Below, one piece after another: positions 1 to 14,903 of a DNA stretch of 64,000 nt. The notes under the pieces are model-generated. The model searched no databases. It saw only the letters and a program-made list of their open reading frames with translations, and was not told where the DNA came from. The stretch spans positions 2,976,001 to 3,040,000 of the forward strand of contig CM039002.1 of NCBI GenBank assembly GCA_017499595.2, in the 5' to 3' direction. The position numbers and the translations under genes are program-made. Position 1 is the first letter of the stretch, and each line of letters starts with the position of its first letter. The stretch comes from Psilocybe cubensis. Taxonomy: Eukaryota.

Positions 1-1357
1 GACTCATTATATTCGTTTATCTTTGCGATGATGACGGAGTCTGGTAAATTGGATGCTGTCGGACCAACGACAGGCCATCCGATGGATCCAGGGCATTACC
101 ATTCCAACCAGGAGTGACAACTGACGGGACGGAGATGGGAGAGGGGAGAGGGGCGAGTAAGGGGAGAAGAAGTCGACATGTAGTCTTACAGGAAGCAATA
201 GCAGGCGGGGCGCAACCAAAGACCGTAAACAGAACAGACCCTCCTTTAACAGTCAGAACTGCGCCACCAGCCCACAGATGCTCCGCTGGCAGTGTGACTG
301 GACTTAAAGAAACCGTTACCTTAGCATTACGAGAAACAGTCAGCCTAGTAGCTTTTTCCTGGCTGTTATGCCGTACACAAAGCTGACAGCATTGATTGGC
401 CGAGACACGAGAAATATGCCGCATAGTGTAGCTTTTTTCCTTTTGCTGTGCTGCTTGATATGATGGTAAAATACACTGTGCGATCATAGAGAGGACACAG
501 GCTATATCTCTGAGCTAGAGGTGGCACAAAATGTCGCTCAGTATTGCCAAAGTATCAGTTACCAGCTAAACGGTGTGTGGAAGGATGACCATGCGAGCTC
601 AGAACATGAGCTTGTAGTGTGGCTGGTTTAACATATAGTTTAAAGTTATAATTCACCCTTTTACCAGCCTAATGCTAAGTTTTAAGGATATACATGTATG
701 GCACGCTAGTAAGATATTAGTCGGTGGATCGATGAGTTATAGGTATACATAGCTAACCTGACTGAATCAAAAAGGTAGATAATCCCATTGAACCTGAGTT
801 CCCAAGTCCATTGGGTTCTCTGATCATATAGCGACATCACATTGCACGTAAACCCGAGTTTTTCGGTGCTTGGATCTGTGGGATGGGATACATGCAGGCC
901 TCGCCGTCGAGGAGACAGGTTCGAACCTCCATTGTAGCTTGTTTGGTTTCTCAGTTCATCTCGCCGAAACCCCATCCAGAAGAGAAACCGAACCAGAAAT
1001 CTCATCCCACACTAATTGCAAATTGCACCAGACCAGGGGCCTGGGACTAGAAAGCACAATTTCGAACAACGACAGGGATACCTCGATGCAGTAAAAAAAT
1101 AGACACCGCCTTCCAGGATTTAACTTTCGAACCAACGTTGTTGAGATAAATTTGTCATTAAAAAAAACTTTGGGACCAGCCGGCTGGTTCCAACGAGCAT
1201 TTTTGCGTAAACAGGAAGCCATCTTCGCCATGCGTGAAGTTGTTAGACAAGATAAATCAGGGGCTAGAAAAGTACAAGAGTGTCATTGAGTGAGTTTGTA
1301 GTACATCTTTTCATTTATCGCGGAGATGCCCTTAAGTCGATGGGTGGTGCCATTGAA

Positions 1358-2729
1358 TTACGGCTTTCCACATGAATCGATGACATATTGTCGCGCCTTT
1401 CTCTGTTCGGAGCCTCCGACACCTTCCATAGCTTCAGGAGTCTCTTCATCCAGGTTTTCCTGTAGGGAGATGTGAAAGCGCCATCGATGTCAGACTATTC
1501 ATTCTCACTGCGGTAAAAGAGGGGTATCAAAAGGACTAACGCGTGTTCGATCTGCACCTGCGTTGATAAGAACTACAGCTGCTTCTGCATGAGCCGAGTC
1601 CATGGCAAGATGCAAAGGGGTATTTCCTGTACACATACGAACATGCGATAAAAATAACGAATGAGAATAAGAGTCGTGGGTTTTGAAATGTATGCAGATG
1701 GGCAAAAAGAGCAACTTACCAATTCGATCAGCCGTATTTAGGCGCAGCTTGTTGGACGGGGTCGACGATTCAATAAGAAGACGAATAAATCCCACAGAAC
1801 CGGTGGTGGCAGCCCGATGTCTAAAAAGATGGAGGAAGTATTTCCAGCCCTTCGAAGCATTTAAAAAGGACAAAAAGACAGCGTACAAAGGGAGTTGATT
1901 GGCCTTATCCCGTGCGTTGTACTTCGACAAAGTTTCAGAACTCCTCGGTCATGAACAAACCGTCAAAAATACGTACGTCTGCGCCCCTCGAAATCAGGAG
2001 CCTGCCAATCTAAGAGATAAAAGCATCAGAAAATGCAAGGCGTGATAACGCCAAATTGACAGCACACATCTATGCGAGATTTAGAGGCTGCGTAATGTCT
2101 GTGAAAAAATGGAGATGTTAGATTATATTTTACTTTATGCGTCTGAACGGAGTCGGTTCCATAAGAGAAAACGTACAGCGGGGTCAATCCATTGTCATTC
2201 TTTCTGTCCGACAAAGTAAGACAGATTACAGGAGTTTGTCGTGCAATATTACCTGTTTACGTCTGCTCCAGCTCCGATTAATTCTTGGACAACACCAAGG
2301 TTTCCTGCACTAACTAGGATGTGGCACATGCAGATCAGGGGGAGACGAAACGAGAAGGATGCATGTAACTTGCCGGCAATATGCAACGGACTCCATCCAG
2401 AGCCATCCACCTTGTCAACTTCTGCTTTCTGATCGATAAGAAATTGCACGAGTTCAGCAGAACCGGAAGACGCTGCCCAATGAAGAGGTGTCCGGCCATC
2501 CTGTTTAGTTAATGCTTAATATGGTTAAGCATGTACTGATCGGTGCACATACCGCATCTACTGAGTTTACAAGCTTTGGATCCTCGGCGAGCAGACTGCG
2601 AAGCAGCGGTAACTGGTCTGGATGCCAGTCGATGAACAGACGGGCGGTAAGTCCAAATTGAAAATCAAAGTAGGTTTGGGGATTATACGCGCTTTTCTGG
2701 GCCGCTGAATGAACTGTAAGTGAAGACAT
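1358..2729 (-). CDS. Ankyrin-repeat protein, gankyrin/Nas6 (26S proteasome assembly chaperone)-like; multi-exon
   Basis: Exons encode ankyrin motifs (DGRTPLHWA, SGWSPLHIA, NGLTPLHYA, ANQLPLHRA, GNTPLHLAMDSAHAEAA). Start MSSLTVHSAAQK at 2729; last exon ENLDEETPEAMEGVGGSEQRKARQYVIDSCGKP*. Confidence 0.85.
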
Positions 2730-3249
2730 TCCTATCTCAATGCTCCTTTGACGCTCCGATTGTTAGTATTCGAGAAAGTATAGATGAAAGCAGGAGACAA
2801 AGTCCGACTGCAATGGATAGAGATTACGTAGTCGTCGCGTGACGCGTCGCGTCGATGAATCACATGCTCTTCTTATTCAAGCTATTGTAACCCTAACCTT
2901 AAGGTTGGGCGTCCTTGAGGGCACGGTGATCAATTTTCTGACTTGTCATCTTATTCTTAACGCCATCCTGAGTCGCAAAAGTCTCCACACAGATTCACAC
3001 TTGGTTCTCACTTCAGCAAGGCCTGAAAGTACTTGTTTAAGCGGTAATCATTCAACGTGGCTTACTTCTCGCACGACGCTTGTTCTCAATGCGTCAAAAC
3101 TCACGGAATTTTCCGAGAATGGACCTCTCTCTTCCTATGAATCTTAGAAGGTTTCGGCCCAACACCTACAATCCATAGTGAGGATGACACATCATAGTAC
3201 GAGGAATTTGCTTATGATTCTTTACAAAACTCCGTCTTCACTGTAAAGA

Positions 3250-3830
3250 TGGTTCAGAAGTTCAAGAAAAATTGAAATCATCGCAACTACTATGCCGATC
3301 AACCATGTAGATCAACCATGTATGTTCTAATGCATGCGTCTCGTCTGGAAGCTCATCATGCATTTTACATGCCTGAGCAGTGAAATATATAACGTCATTG
3401 GGTATTAGCGAGCCATAGTTGTTCTTGAAGACCTCCGCGACAACGGTCACATTTGGAACACCAGGTGTCTTTATATCCACGGAGTTTTGCTATCCATGTC
3501 AAGAGTTCTGACCATTCCTGCAACGCCTTCATCACGGCGTTTCAGTATCACCCGTCTTTCGACCACTCTGTCTTCTTCAACTTCTTCTCCCCGCTTCCCA
3601 CATCTGTGGCCGGTGTTAGCTCCGGTTTACCAGAGAAGGAATCGATATTCTGGAAGCGTTGGACAACCGAGTCTACTCCTACACTGGTAAGTCGTGCTTA
3701 GCGTAATGACGTCCTGCAGGCGCCATTCTCATTTTAACTGTAGTCGCAGCCAACCCTTCGTGATCTCATTCGAGTTCCCGCTCAAGATGCGATGCCGTGG
3801 TTAATTTATTACTATTCCCTAAAATCTTAA
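3250..3830 (+). CDS. Possible small hypothetical gene (or decayed gene) divergent from the ankyrin gene
   Basis: GTATGT/GTAAGT donors and YAG acceptors flank exon-like segments ending ...STPTL|SQPTLRDLIRVPAQDAMPWLIYYYSLKS*. A complete open model could not be assembled. Confidence 0.3.
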
Positions 3831-4413
3831 GCTATTGGTTATTCGTCCATCCTGGGTCCTTCCATGACTCGACTTCAACCCCAAAAGCTTAAATTCCCAT
3901 TAATGTTAAGTTGAATAGAAATTTACAGACAAAAGTTGACAATGACGATGTCCAGAGATGCTGGTCTACCTACAGAACGACGCCTCGAATGCCAAGAATC
4001 TCATCTTAGTCGATATTAACATCGCCTTCTGATTTCGACCTTGTTCGAATTTTGTGACACGTCGTGAAAACGGGTGTTTCATAATAGTACATCAGCATCC
4101 AATTTCCTAGTCAGTTATTATCTAGTAGAGTCTAGGAAAGACCCTCGAGTTATACTTTTCACAATAGATTGCCGCAATTCGAAATGGCTGAGTTGACGTT
4201 GATTAACCAGAGACCTTATCCGAGACGGGCGGAACTGGTGGGAGGATGCGAGGACAACATGTATAGTCTTTAAGGTAGTTTACAATACGGATGATGAAAG
4301 CAGGTATACAATTATAACATATATTCAACAAGAAAATACTCCACGGCTGTCAATTCCCGGGAAACGCTGATACTGATACGAGCTCAAGAAAATAAACGGT
4401 GCCTAATAAACGT

Positions 4414-6185
4414 CTAAGATTCCTGGAAATCATCGACCCCTGTGTAGTCGTCGGGGCTGGAGATAGCGGTAGATGAGTTGTAAGTCCCATCGTAGTTGAT
4501 TGGTGCCGGATTGGTGACCGGATGGAGGGTGGGAGTGGTAAGCATATTTGCATCGGAAGGCGTCCAGGTAGACGTGTAAGTAGTCGTAGTACTGTAAGAC
4601 TGTGGAGAGAATGGAATAGGAGGTGAAGACGATGGGTATGCGCTGCCAGTTTGACTATTACGACGAGCATCGCGATTAGCGTCTGGAGTGTCGCGTGTGT
4701 GCCAGTGCAAACGTTGCAAAGCTCCTTCGCGGGTAGCAGCCGGATGCCCGAGATAACGGACGGAGTACGCTTGGTGGTGCTGAGTGTTGTCGTTTTCGCG
4801 GCGATGAATTGTTTGACTGTCGTCGTACGAGTGCTGAGTTCTGACACGAGGTCGATCTGGATAAGCGCCGGGGTTTGTAGAATCATCATTATGGCTTTGC
4901 CATCGTCCATTAGACTGGGCATGAATAGACGACCAGTTATCCGACATAATTGTATCGCGCCGTCGACTAATAGCGTGTGCTGAGGTCAGAGTGGACGCGG
5001 AAGGAGACCATTGTCCTAAATCTTGTCGATGATTCGTGCCCACAACAACATCCCCTTGTCCGGGCCATCGGTTGTTTGGGTGAGATCTGTTGTATATATT
5101 TTGTCCATTTCCCGACGCCATCGAGTACATGGAGCTTCCACCAAAAGAGTTGTCGATAGGTGACGTTGGGCTGCCCGTGTGTGATGACCACGTTGGGGAT
5201 GAGGGGATATGGTAGCCCTGGTCTTCGACTTTGCAATCAACTTGGTCAAGTTCGTCGACCTCACTGCCATACAGTTAATTGCAGACTGGGACGTAAAGAC
5301 CTAGAACTCACACTAGCCTCATTTTGTGATCTGGACCCATCTCCACTTTTGGTGGAACTCGAAAGTTGGTGAGACGAAAGAGTTGCGGTGGCATATAAAG
5401 TCCCATGATGTCGGAGCGCGCTGAGGGCCGCTAGAATATCAAAGTTACTGGTACTATTCTTCATTTGAAGTTGAGAAAAATATGGCTCAACGTACCTTCA
5501 ACTTTCCTGATCGTATGTCTTCTGAGGTGTAGTAGGAGATCAAATGCAGGTCAGAGCCGTCGATGGTAACCGTGATAGTCTGGAGAATGTTTATTGGTGT
5601 TTAGTATAACGGCAGTGATTGTAGGAAAAAATAGCAATAGAATTCACCTTCTTGATGAGACCACCTGCTTTGAAAGTGCCTTGGTCGCTGCCGTGGCCCC
5701 TGAGCCCAATGCAATTCTGGTCGGGAGAGCTTTTGCGAACCAGAGACCGCGTCGGCGAATCTTCGCTCGGGTAAGGTTTCTTGTGATTTCCTCTTGTACT
5801 TGCGCGCTCGTTAATTTCACGATAGACCTGTTCAAACGATACGATTGGGAAAACGTATTAACCAGTGGAATATTTACGACCTACAAGAAAGTTTCCGACG
5901 ATACGAGACGGGGACCACAGCAAGCCATCTGAAAGAGTATAGTAGTTACTTAAAAGTTCCGAGCCATTGTGTCGGGAACCTACCTGTCCAGCGCTTGATC
6001 CCACTCTCCTCAACGCTGAAGACAAAGACCGCCCCGGACTTGATCATTGACCTCCGCTCGGAATCATTAAGCCGACGAGTAATACGTGGAATGACGCCTT
6101 GACGAGCAGCGTGGATAAGTCTGAGTGCATTGACTGTAGTTTCGACGTAGCCAGTAAATGGAGGTACGTCCGGGTTGCTCGTCAT
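4414..6185 (-). CDS. Gti1/Pac2 (WOPR; Wor1/Ryp1-like) family transcription factor; multi-exon
   Basis: FTGYVETTVNALRLIHAARQGVIPRITRRLNDSERRSMIKSGAVFVFSVEESGIKRWT|DGLLWSPSRIVGNFL|VYRE...GLIKK|TITVTIDGSDLHLISYY are WOPR signatures. The last exon runs in frame into ORF 4414..5130. Confidence 0.95.
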
Positions 6186-9100
6186 GTTGAAGGAAAACTT
6201 AAGCTAGAGTCTGTTGGACAAGGATAGAGTGGGATTGAGTGGTTGCGGGGAAGGTGAGCTCTTTATCGTGTTTTCGCTACTTACCAGCTGCTCATAGTAA
6301 ATCAAATCTAGCAAGTTCGGATCGATACCTGGCCTAAAGAGTGACACTGTTAATTTCCACGAGTTAGCCCCCACCTTCAAACTTCTACCTATCTCGAACG
6401 TCCATTTCTGGGAAATGAGAGGGGGGCGTGGGGGGTGCTCACGTTGTTTGATTCACGATATCAACTCGCATATACATGACATAACTACGCCACCTGTCAT
6501 AATTTTCTACATAGAGAGTCCAGTCGATTTTGAGTCGTACGAAATTTTGCCCTGAAAATGGGCTCAAAGCGGAAAAATCTGGGTAGGTCTGTAGATCCGA
6601 TTCACAGTGCTTCCATCTTCATGAGAACTCTTTTCGCTCCTTCCGATAGGCAAGCCATTCTTATAGTAGTCAGGCCATCTGAGAGGCCAGAACGTGAACG
6701 ACTTGAACAATTCATTGGCCAAAAGCGAAATTATATTATGTACCATTGATTTTCGTAGAGAAGATTTTACCGTCGATTTTAAAAGACACACAAAGTATTC
6801 AAAGGCTGTAAGTAATAGAACAGTAAGGGGCTGCGCGTCTCAATAAGATAAGCCGAAGATCTGACAGCTGGATGGCTGCTCCGAGGAAAATGGCCTCACG
6901 GTAGTGTCGTTGCCCAGGAGGCCTTACGTCGCTGAGTCTCTCTCGGTTTGCCGCTTGAATCTGAGGCTAGCATGGTGCCGTTTACGGGTACCGACAGAGG
7001 AAAGAATTGCCACAACGAAAATTCAGAGACAGAGAATCTCGAACCACTGGCAACTATCTGGTTCATTGATTCAGGGTCGACAGGTCTCAGGGTTTTACTG
7101 GCCGGGATCCCAGTGTAGTGTGGCCTGAGTCAGGTACACTTATTAATGACGCTCAGCGCCGGCCGCATACAGAACAGATTGCGATGGGTTGCACATTTGA
7201 AATCGCCGCCTAATTTTGGTTGGTAAGAATCTTGAAAATTCTAAAAATATACAGGCTCACCATTTGTCGAATTCGGCCAGTAGTGAATACAGATGAGTGT
7301 ACCTCAACATAAGATTTTTGTAGGTGCTCATACAGACAAAGTGCGTGATTTCCTCGGACTGACCTCTTTTTTATGAATAACAAATGATTCAAGATTTGAT
7401 TGAAGTGCTACCACCAATCACACAGGTAATTCAACGTCACAATGAAGTTACTTAACCTGCTGCTTCCTCTGAAGCTGGGATTATGCGCACCTTGCCAGGA
7501 GATATTTCTAATCCTCTGTCTCCGTTCGTATCGAACAAAGGATTAAGGCTTCTTGCCGGATTCTAGGACTCAGATGCCAATTATGGAGTTGCAAACTCGG
7601 CAATCTCCCCATTCGAAGGCCAGAACCAGTGATCCTGGCAGCCTGCTTCTCGAACGCTTCTCTTTCGCCGAGGCAGAAGAGCCTGTAGCCGCATTCCTGG
7701 GAATAAACGTCTGATAGCGGCCATTATCCTTGCGTTGGATCAAAGAGGGTACAGAGGTGTGGGGAACAGACGGGACTTCCCCCATGCCCCAAAGCAATCC
7801 CAACATGGCTTTTAGGGTCAAGAATAGATAATTACTCATCTTTACCAGGACCAGAACAAAGTTCCCTTTACGGATTAGTATCGCGTAGTTGAACCGCGTA
7901 TTAGGCCACAGCAACTACTATATCCACCCTCGTTTTGAAGGGTAGTCTTTCTGTATAGCGTTTAATTTCAACTTCAAGTAGTACAATATGTCCAGTTATA
8001 TGAAATGAATAGTTGTAATTTAGCTAGCTGCAGCAGGTATGTTTTTCTATTATAAATTTGCTTTTTTTTCAATGAAACAACGCCAATAAACTGTGCTAAT
8101 GCCTAATTTCTGAGATGGTCTGAGCCAATCGGTCCCCATTGAAAGATCTGATGGAGTTTCAAATTTTCAGATGTCGTGAGATTTATGAGGAGGTGTCAGT
8201 TTTATTCATGAGTGAGAAATCACAAAACACATATTTGGCGTTTCTTCTGTATATATTCTATTGTATCTCGTCCTCTGCCACTCATTTCCGTAACGGATAT
8301 TCAGAAAATTTTTTCGATAGAATTTTTGGTCATTGTTCATTTACTCCTGGAGACTTTGATGCAACTTGTCTTTTACAGTTTAACAATTTAATAAAAAAAA
8401 TGATATGATTAACAGGGTTTTATACTGTGAAGTTCAGATTGTTTTTGCGACAGACTAGACGCACTACCTCTCCTGGATACTCGGACAATCTCTACGCTTT
8501 ACTTACCCTCAGCGGATCACACTTTAATTAAATACGCTTGAGCAAGAAGTATATTGTTCTAGTTGGCCACCAACTAGGTATCCAGAAATTTCCGTAACAA
8601 GCGGGCTGGGAAAGCATCCAGCAACATGGCTCGTTGCCATCAGGTCCTTAAATCCGGCGCCGGAAGTGAAGCCACCTAAAAAGGGGCGGAATACTACTCC
8701 CCATAGTTTGGAACTTTGACAGCAGGGCGATCGTAGTCTTTAATTATTAGCTTTGATCCCGATGTTAAAATGGACTTATAATCCTGAATTCGTCTATGAG
8801 GCTCGAGAGCATATCACATTTGTTATTTGTTTAAAGACTGCAAGCCAGTTATGAATCTTTCATTAAGTTGGTTAGAGTAAGTTGAAAAAGTTGTAATTTG
8901 AAAGACATGCTATGAACAACGGAAAGTAGTGACCTTTTGCCAAGGTAGCTATCGTGAACCATTGGTCGCGAGCATGATACTTGGCTGATTTACGTTGCAA
9001 GGTGCCTTATCTCTGTGGTCATATAAACCGTAGCTCTTTCCAGCAGCAACCCTCACGAGTTTTATTTGTACATTCAAAGCCAACTTCCAAGAGCTTCTTG

Positions 9101-12100
9101 ACATTTTCGCTGTTTTTAACCAGGATTTTAGCGGGGAAAGTGTAATCATGAGACGTCGTGGCAAAGTATGCTAATTCTTAATTTACCTGCCACGTAAAGA
9201 TTTTCCTCATAGATTCAAAAAATTAGTACCCAAAGTTCATCATTTGTCGTATTTTATCAGATTTGCTGTCGATTGGCAATTGGGTAAAGTAAGAAATGAC
9301 AAATACAAGTATACATGAACCCCGAGAATAGAATTTCCTGGGGGTCCCTATGTTGGCACGTTCGACGACACTCTAGCGAAATGTGTTAAATCATCAATCA
9401 TGGGGAGAATACCATGGGCGTATATTTGCGCAGCAGACTAGGATACTAGTCCTGGGAGATCATGGTTGGAAGCACTTAAGAGAATGACGCATTCGACTTC
9501 GGAGAGTGCCGGTTCAAACTCGGCATGTCGAGGCTCACAGGATTACACCAGTCTCGCTATGAGACCAAGAATTCAAAACATATATATTGTATGGGTATAC
9601 ACGTATATATGGTAGGTTGGAGAGAATACAACGTCCTAGAGATAAGACCAGCTCAAAAGTCGGATGAATTACCGGAAACCGAACTCTTCTCATGAAACGC
9701 GACAAAAACGCGACAAGAACGTAACGCATAGGTGAGACATAGGCCGGAGCTTTCTCGTATTTTTACTAACCACGATAATCAATACTAGGTTAATTTTGTA
9801 CGTATTCTCGCGCCAACAGAGCCCATGACTGGATATGATCATGGGACAGTGTATAAAATTGAAGAACTGTATCAGACTGTCCTCGAGGGCTATGCCGTAT
9901 ATCTAAAGCCCTATACCCCCGGCCGGCTCATGAATGTGCGTGGTATGGGTAGCGCAGTGTAATCTAATCAAAGTCGTCATTTCATCAAGTTGCGGGAAAC
10001 TTACCGAAGTTTTACGAAACAACAACTGATCTTCTGAACAGCTCGCTCCTTAAGCGATCCAAAGCCCAGGACGAGGTCTACGCGGTGAACGTCAAAATTC
10101 TAAAGGCTCTAAAGCCGATGCCATCCCTAGAATTCCCACTCACTCGCAGAGTCGTATCTTTCTGTAAAACTGACACGGGATACATGAAAGTCCGTGAATC
10201 AGATATAGGTCGATATAACTTAAAGGGCACGCGTGAGCAGGTCGTTGAATAGCTTTACTGACGTAGATGCCATTGTACTGGTCATTGTTCAATTTGAGCT
10301 CTCGAATATAACACACAGCAAGGCGAAATGTTCCGGTCTAGCTGCAATGACCAATGACTGACTACACACTGTCGCTCGTTGGTACGACATGCAGCAAAGT
10401 CCTGGAAGTCATCATAAGGTAGATCGACAGTATCGATCATCGCGAAGCTCATTTAGGCATTGACGAGAGCGATAACTCACTTGAAGATAACGGGAGAACA
10501 AGAACGGTATTTTGGGCTGACATGGCGCAGACATAGCGCAAACATGCGGAGTCGCAAAAATTGTTCATGCCTTCATGGGTCTATGAACCCCCCCTTCCTC
10601 CTACTTTACCCATCCAGTCGAGTGTTTAATATGTTTAATACGAAAACTTCACGTACTTTTTGGTGTAGGATGTTAGGGAGACTGACATACCGTTCTTGGA
10701 CGTCACATGTCTTGAGATACCCGCGAACCTTAGCTCGACAAATATTGTGGGATAAAATGCAGCCGGCTTGACATTTTTGACAGCTTACAGGGTCGTAAAT
10801 AAATTCAACAACTCGGCAAGAATTATGAAAGAAACCCAGGGATGTTACCCAATATCCTATCTTGGACAGATTGTGTGACCCTCACCCTGATTTGTTTCAA
10901 TGATGCTGCAAGTGGAATCCTGCCGAAGAACCTCATTCCCGGGCGGTTCACATAATAGGCCGTCAGATTCACGCTATGAATCTCTCCGCTTCGTTTTTAT
11001 AGCACGTAGTAGTCCTCAGATTTGAACGCACATCAGTCTGGACGCTGAGCCTTGAATGGGAAAGTCCTGCAATCCATATTTAAGATTGGTTTCCGAAACA
11101 GTGGATACATACACCGTACTTGGGGACTCGGCCTGTGGGTCCTTAGTCTGTATGTCGCTAGCCGCCTGTCCCTGATCAGCTTCACTCTGAGGGCATCTTG
11201 GAAGCTTATATGCGGTTAAAGCTAAAGGAGAATGCGCTTAGATCGAAACCGCCATGCTTGTACTGAGTCATATTTTGTGGCAAAGCCACGTAACAGTGCC
11301 ATCTCCTCGATTGATGAGTCGGGCATGGCAGTGTGTGTGCGGGTAATGGTACGCACTTCCAGTGGCCGTTGAACGGTGTTGACCTTTGCCTGTCAAAACG
11401 GGCACGAGTTCAATACAGTTGACCGTAAAAGGACTCCGTAGAATGGCAACGAATGTGCGACGTGGAGTTTTGAATAGATGCATATCCGCCTGTCCGCCGT
11501 GCATTGTGCGTGATACTCACGGCAAGTTCGTCGTAATAGACCACGAATCGAAGGTGTGAAATATCGCCTGCATACACACCTTACTTTTAGCGGTCTCCGT
11601 CGCGTTTTGTAGAAGGCACAAAGGCAACATAACGAAGTCCAATAGCTTAAACCTAACGATCCCCAAAAAAACCAAACCTTATTTCGTTCCAAATATGTCT
11701 AGTTGGTAATGCTATTTTGAGAGAGCACGCCATATTCCGGGGATTGATATTTGAGTCTTGATCTGAACAAGTTTCTTCTGTTCGGCACGCGCCACCGTTT
11801 GGATTCCTGACCCTTGGGCGGCGGGTAGATCCAAAGTACCAATTGCTGGCGCGCCACGCAGGAATAGAATGGCATCAGTGGAAAGTTGATAGATAGATAG
11901 ATATGGATGAATGGATAGCTATGTCCCGGCCAGGTTCGGAGTTCTGATTTGAAATCGGTGGAAATACCCTATCTGTTGGTGCAGGGAGTGCATGGCTCCG
12001 CATCGACGTTCCGAATTGAAGAAAAAAAATTGCAGAGCATTCGTTGTTTGATCTCAGTTCAACTCCGAATTTATTGCGCGTCGTTTCAAATTACACCGCA

Positions 12101-12599
12101 GGACAATACCGCCTGTGCATAAATGGGTATATGGCCGACGCCCGACTAGACGGTGCACACGGCCTTACTGGAGTTAGAGAGCACATTCGCCATCCATACG
12201 GGAAAAGTAACCATCGTGTGATTGGAGAGAAGAACGGAGGGATCATCCAACATACTTGGGATGAAGGCAGGTTGTAGATTATTTTTGAAAAGAAGACGAA
12301 GAGAAGAGAAGAGACATCAGAATATTAAAATTTCCACCCACCATGCCTCTTCAAGTTGACGATATAATACGGATTTGGGTGTGAGGAGACTATGTTGGAA
12401 CGGCTTGAGAAACCATCGCCTTTGGTTCACCACGATGTCGCCAAGTTGATACTCACATTGTGAATGAGATGAGATGAACCTGCCCATATTGTAACCGGAT
12501 TATGCGGAAATAGACGTGGTGTCAAAACATGTCAGGGCCAGCTACGGGGAATAAAACAGTGTGAACGGCGAACCAGCGATTATAACGAGAAGATATTAC

Positions 12600-13536
12600 G
12601 CATAAACCTCGAGTAGACTTGGTTGTCGTGTACTCTGCATGATGTTTGACGCTTTTGTAGTTCACCGTCTTCGAATCGCTCCAGAACTCCGTCCTAGAAG
12701 AATTGGGATCAAATCGAAGACAAGCGAAAACATATTCCCTCGCCAGCTTAAAAACTAGATTGACTTTTCCCAGGTGTATAATTGGACGTAATAACCTGGT
12801 GCTGTAATCACACGGAGAAGTCGATATGTCGTTTGGAAGAAGGAACCATGAAGGCAACCACAATGTTTACCCTTACGCCCAGAAAAGAGAATACATACGT
12901 TCGAAGTTGTCAAAACGTTTTAGAAAGCTCGCTAAGAATACGCGTAGAGGGAGCCCCAAGGAACAGGTAACCGCAGCATGTAGACAGCGAGCCGTTTTCC
13001 GAAAACTCTTTGCACGTTGGAAGTCACCTCGTTGATCATATGCGCGAACAGGTTCCAGGTGCAAGGCCCTGTGATCCAGTTCAAGACGGAAATTTGAATG
13101 GGAGCAGTTGACATGATTGATACCGTGTCGGCGCCTATGACGGAGTGTGTGTCTTGGTTGTCCATCCATAGTCAGGACTGTCTAGGCATGGAGAGGTTTT
13201 GGAGAGGTCCCAATTGTCCCGACTCGGATCCTGGTGTGTGGTGAAAGGCCGGAGGAGAGCTATGAATAGCTTCAGGTACATATCACCTTCAAAAAGAATG
13301 GCATGGGTGATCGTAGATAGTACAGCTCCCAAACAGAGGGCATAAACAGACAGAGAAAAGGACCAAACTTCAAAGCAGGGAACAGATTTAGATCCAGCCA
13401 GAGTCTGAGAATCAGATGCCCTTATAGGGTGTACGGTATTACAATTTGTTTGCCTGAAGTTGTGACGAAAGATTAAGAAAAACCCAAGTTCAGAGTTCGA
13501 GCTATCCCTGTCTGTGGCAGGTGTTATCGCTGCCAT
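12600..13536 (-). pseudogene. Probable decayed gene of unknown family
   Basis: Intron-like segments are present, and protein-like text continues across an in-frame TGA (...MPRQS*LWMDNQ...) and apparent frameshifts. No family recognised. Confidence 0.3.
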
Positions 13537-14417
13537 TGCACCATTGCATCCTGAGAAACATCAGCGAACGTCATTCAGCTGATAGCACGAAACAGAGCCA
13601 CACTGGTCATTGGTAGTGGTGGTTTTGTTGATCATGTGGGATGCGAAAAGAGCGAACGCGACAGCACGCGCATTTGAAATGACTAGTTCCCTACGAAAGA
13701 TCATCAGCATTAGTTATTCTAGGACTCTTTGAAGAGTAACGTTAGGTCAGATCCCACCCAACGACGTCGGGTAAACAATGGCGGCTTTATGATGCATTCA
13801 AGCCTTTTCGAGTTCCCCGTGAGCTTATCTACTAGAAACTGTCGCGCCGCTGAGGAAAACCAAAGGCAAAAAGACAACGTACTTGACAGATGAGACCGGA
13901 CCCTTGCAAACAAATGACGAACCTCCTATTCAAACAAATTCGACAGCTCGATCTTTGGCGACAACTCGATGTTGATTGTTAGTTTCTGCGATCTCGTAAG
14001 GCCAAATCTGTCCTATGGTCTATATTAATTACTTAACATCAACGAAGACAATATGAAGACGTACTCTGATGTTCAAATTGTGGTCTCCTCTTGCTGATGC
14101 TTGCTTCCAACATCATCTGATACTTGCAACGATCCTGTGGCCATACAACTCCTATCATACATATGGCCGGTTATTTGACCGGATCCATGATGAACGAGTT
14201 CAACGTATATAGAATAGTCGGTAAGGGAACTGCTTCAAGAATATATGTCGGCTTCAACGCGCTCGAAAATGTCAAGGTTCAAATGTTCAAGCTGAGTGAC
14301 AACCGCTGCACAGAACTTTGTACTTGTTATTTCTGGGGGATAATGACGGTTTCCTTGCCAAGCCCATAGACCCCTTTCTGTTCTCTTCCATCCACCATCA
14401 CAATCTATATACAAGTT

Positions 14418-14903
14418 ATGCCTTCCCCGCCCTCGGCTCAACCCTTAAAAGTCCCTGCAACTCCGTCCAAGTCTTCGGAAGCGGATAAAGACAAGACCCC
14501 AGTCGCCACCAAGCAGCAGGCACCCTCGAAATTGGGAACGATAGCTCCAAACGACATCTCAAGCCCTCATGAATTGACAGCTTTCGTAAGGGCATTTCTC
14601 AATTTTTGGGGCCAAGGATGAGATACTCACTATGTCAATACAGGTCGAAACACTTCTGGAGCAGCTGGATACCAAGTTCGACGATATGTCTACCCAGATT
14701 CTGGACAGAAGTTCGTCAATCTTAACTTGTTTTGTGTGCGATGTTCTGATCTGTTGTTCTTCTCTTTAGTGAATCAAATGTCCACGCGAGTGGATGCGTT
14801 GGAAGCATCAATACAGGACATCATTAATGGAGACATCAGCGTGCCGCAATCGCCATCCCCTAGTACGCCGGGTGGGATAAGGCGAAGTGACAGCGGCATT
14901 TAA
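14418..14903 (+). CDS. HSBP1: Heat shock factor binding protein 1 (HSBP1) family; 3 exons
   Basis: Spliced product ...SSPHELTAF|VETLLEQLDTKFDDMSTQILDR|MNQMSTRVDALEASIQDII matches the HSBP1 coiled coil. Confidence 0.92.

Noticed and set aside
1-487. 156-aa minus-strand ORF at the window edge
   Set aside because: No recognisable motifs or support.
911-930. B-box-like palindrome AGGTTCGAACCT
   Set aside because: No A box or cloverleaf on either strand.
9492-9531. T-arm-like hairpin TGCCGG-TTCAAAC-TCGGCA
   Set aside because: No D arm, anticodon arm or correctly spaced acceptor stem, so not called a tRNA.
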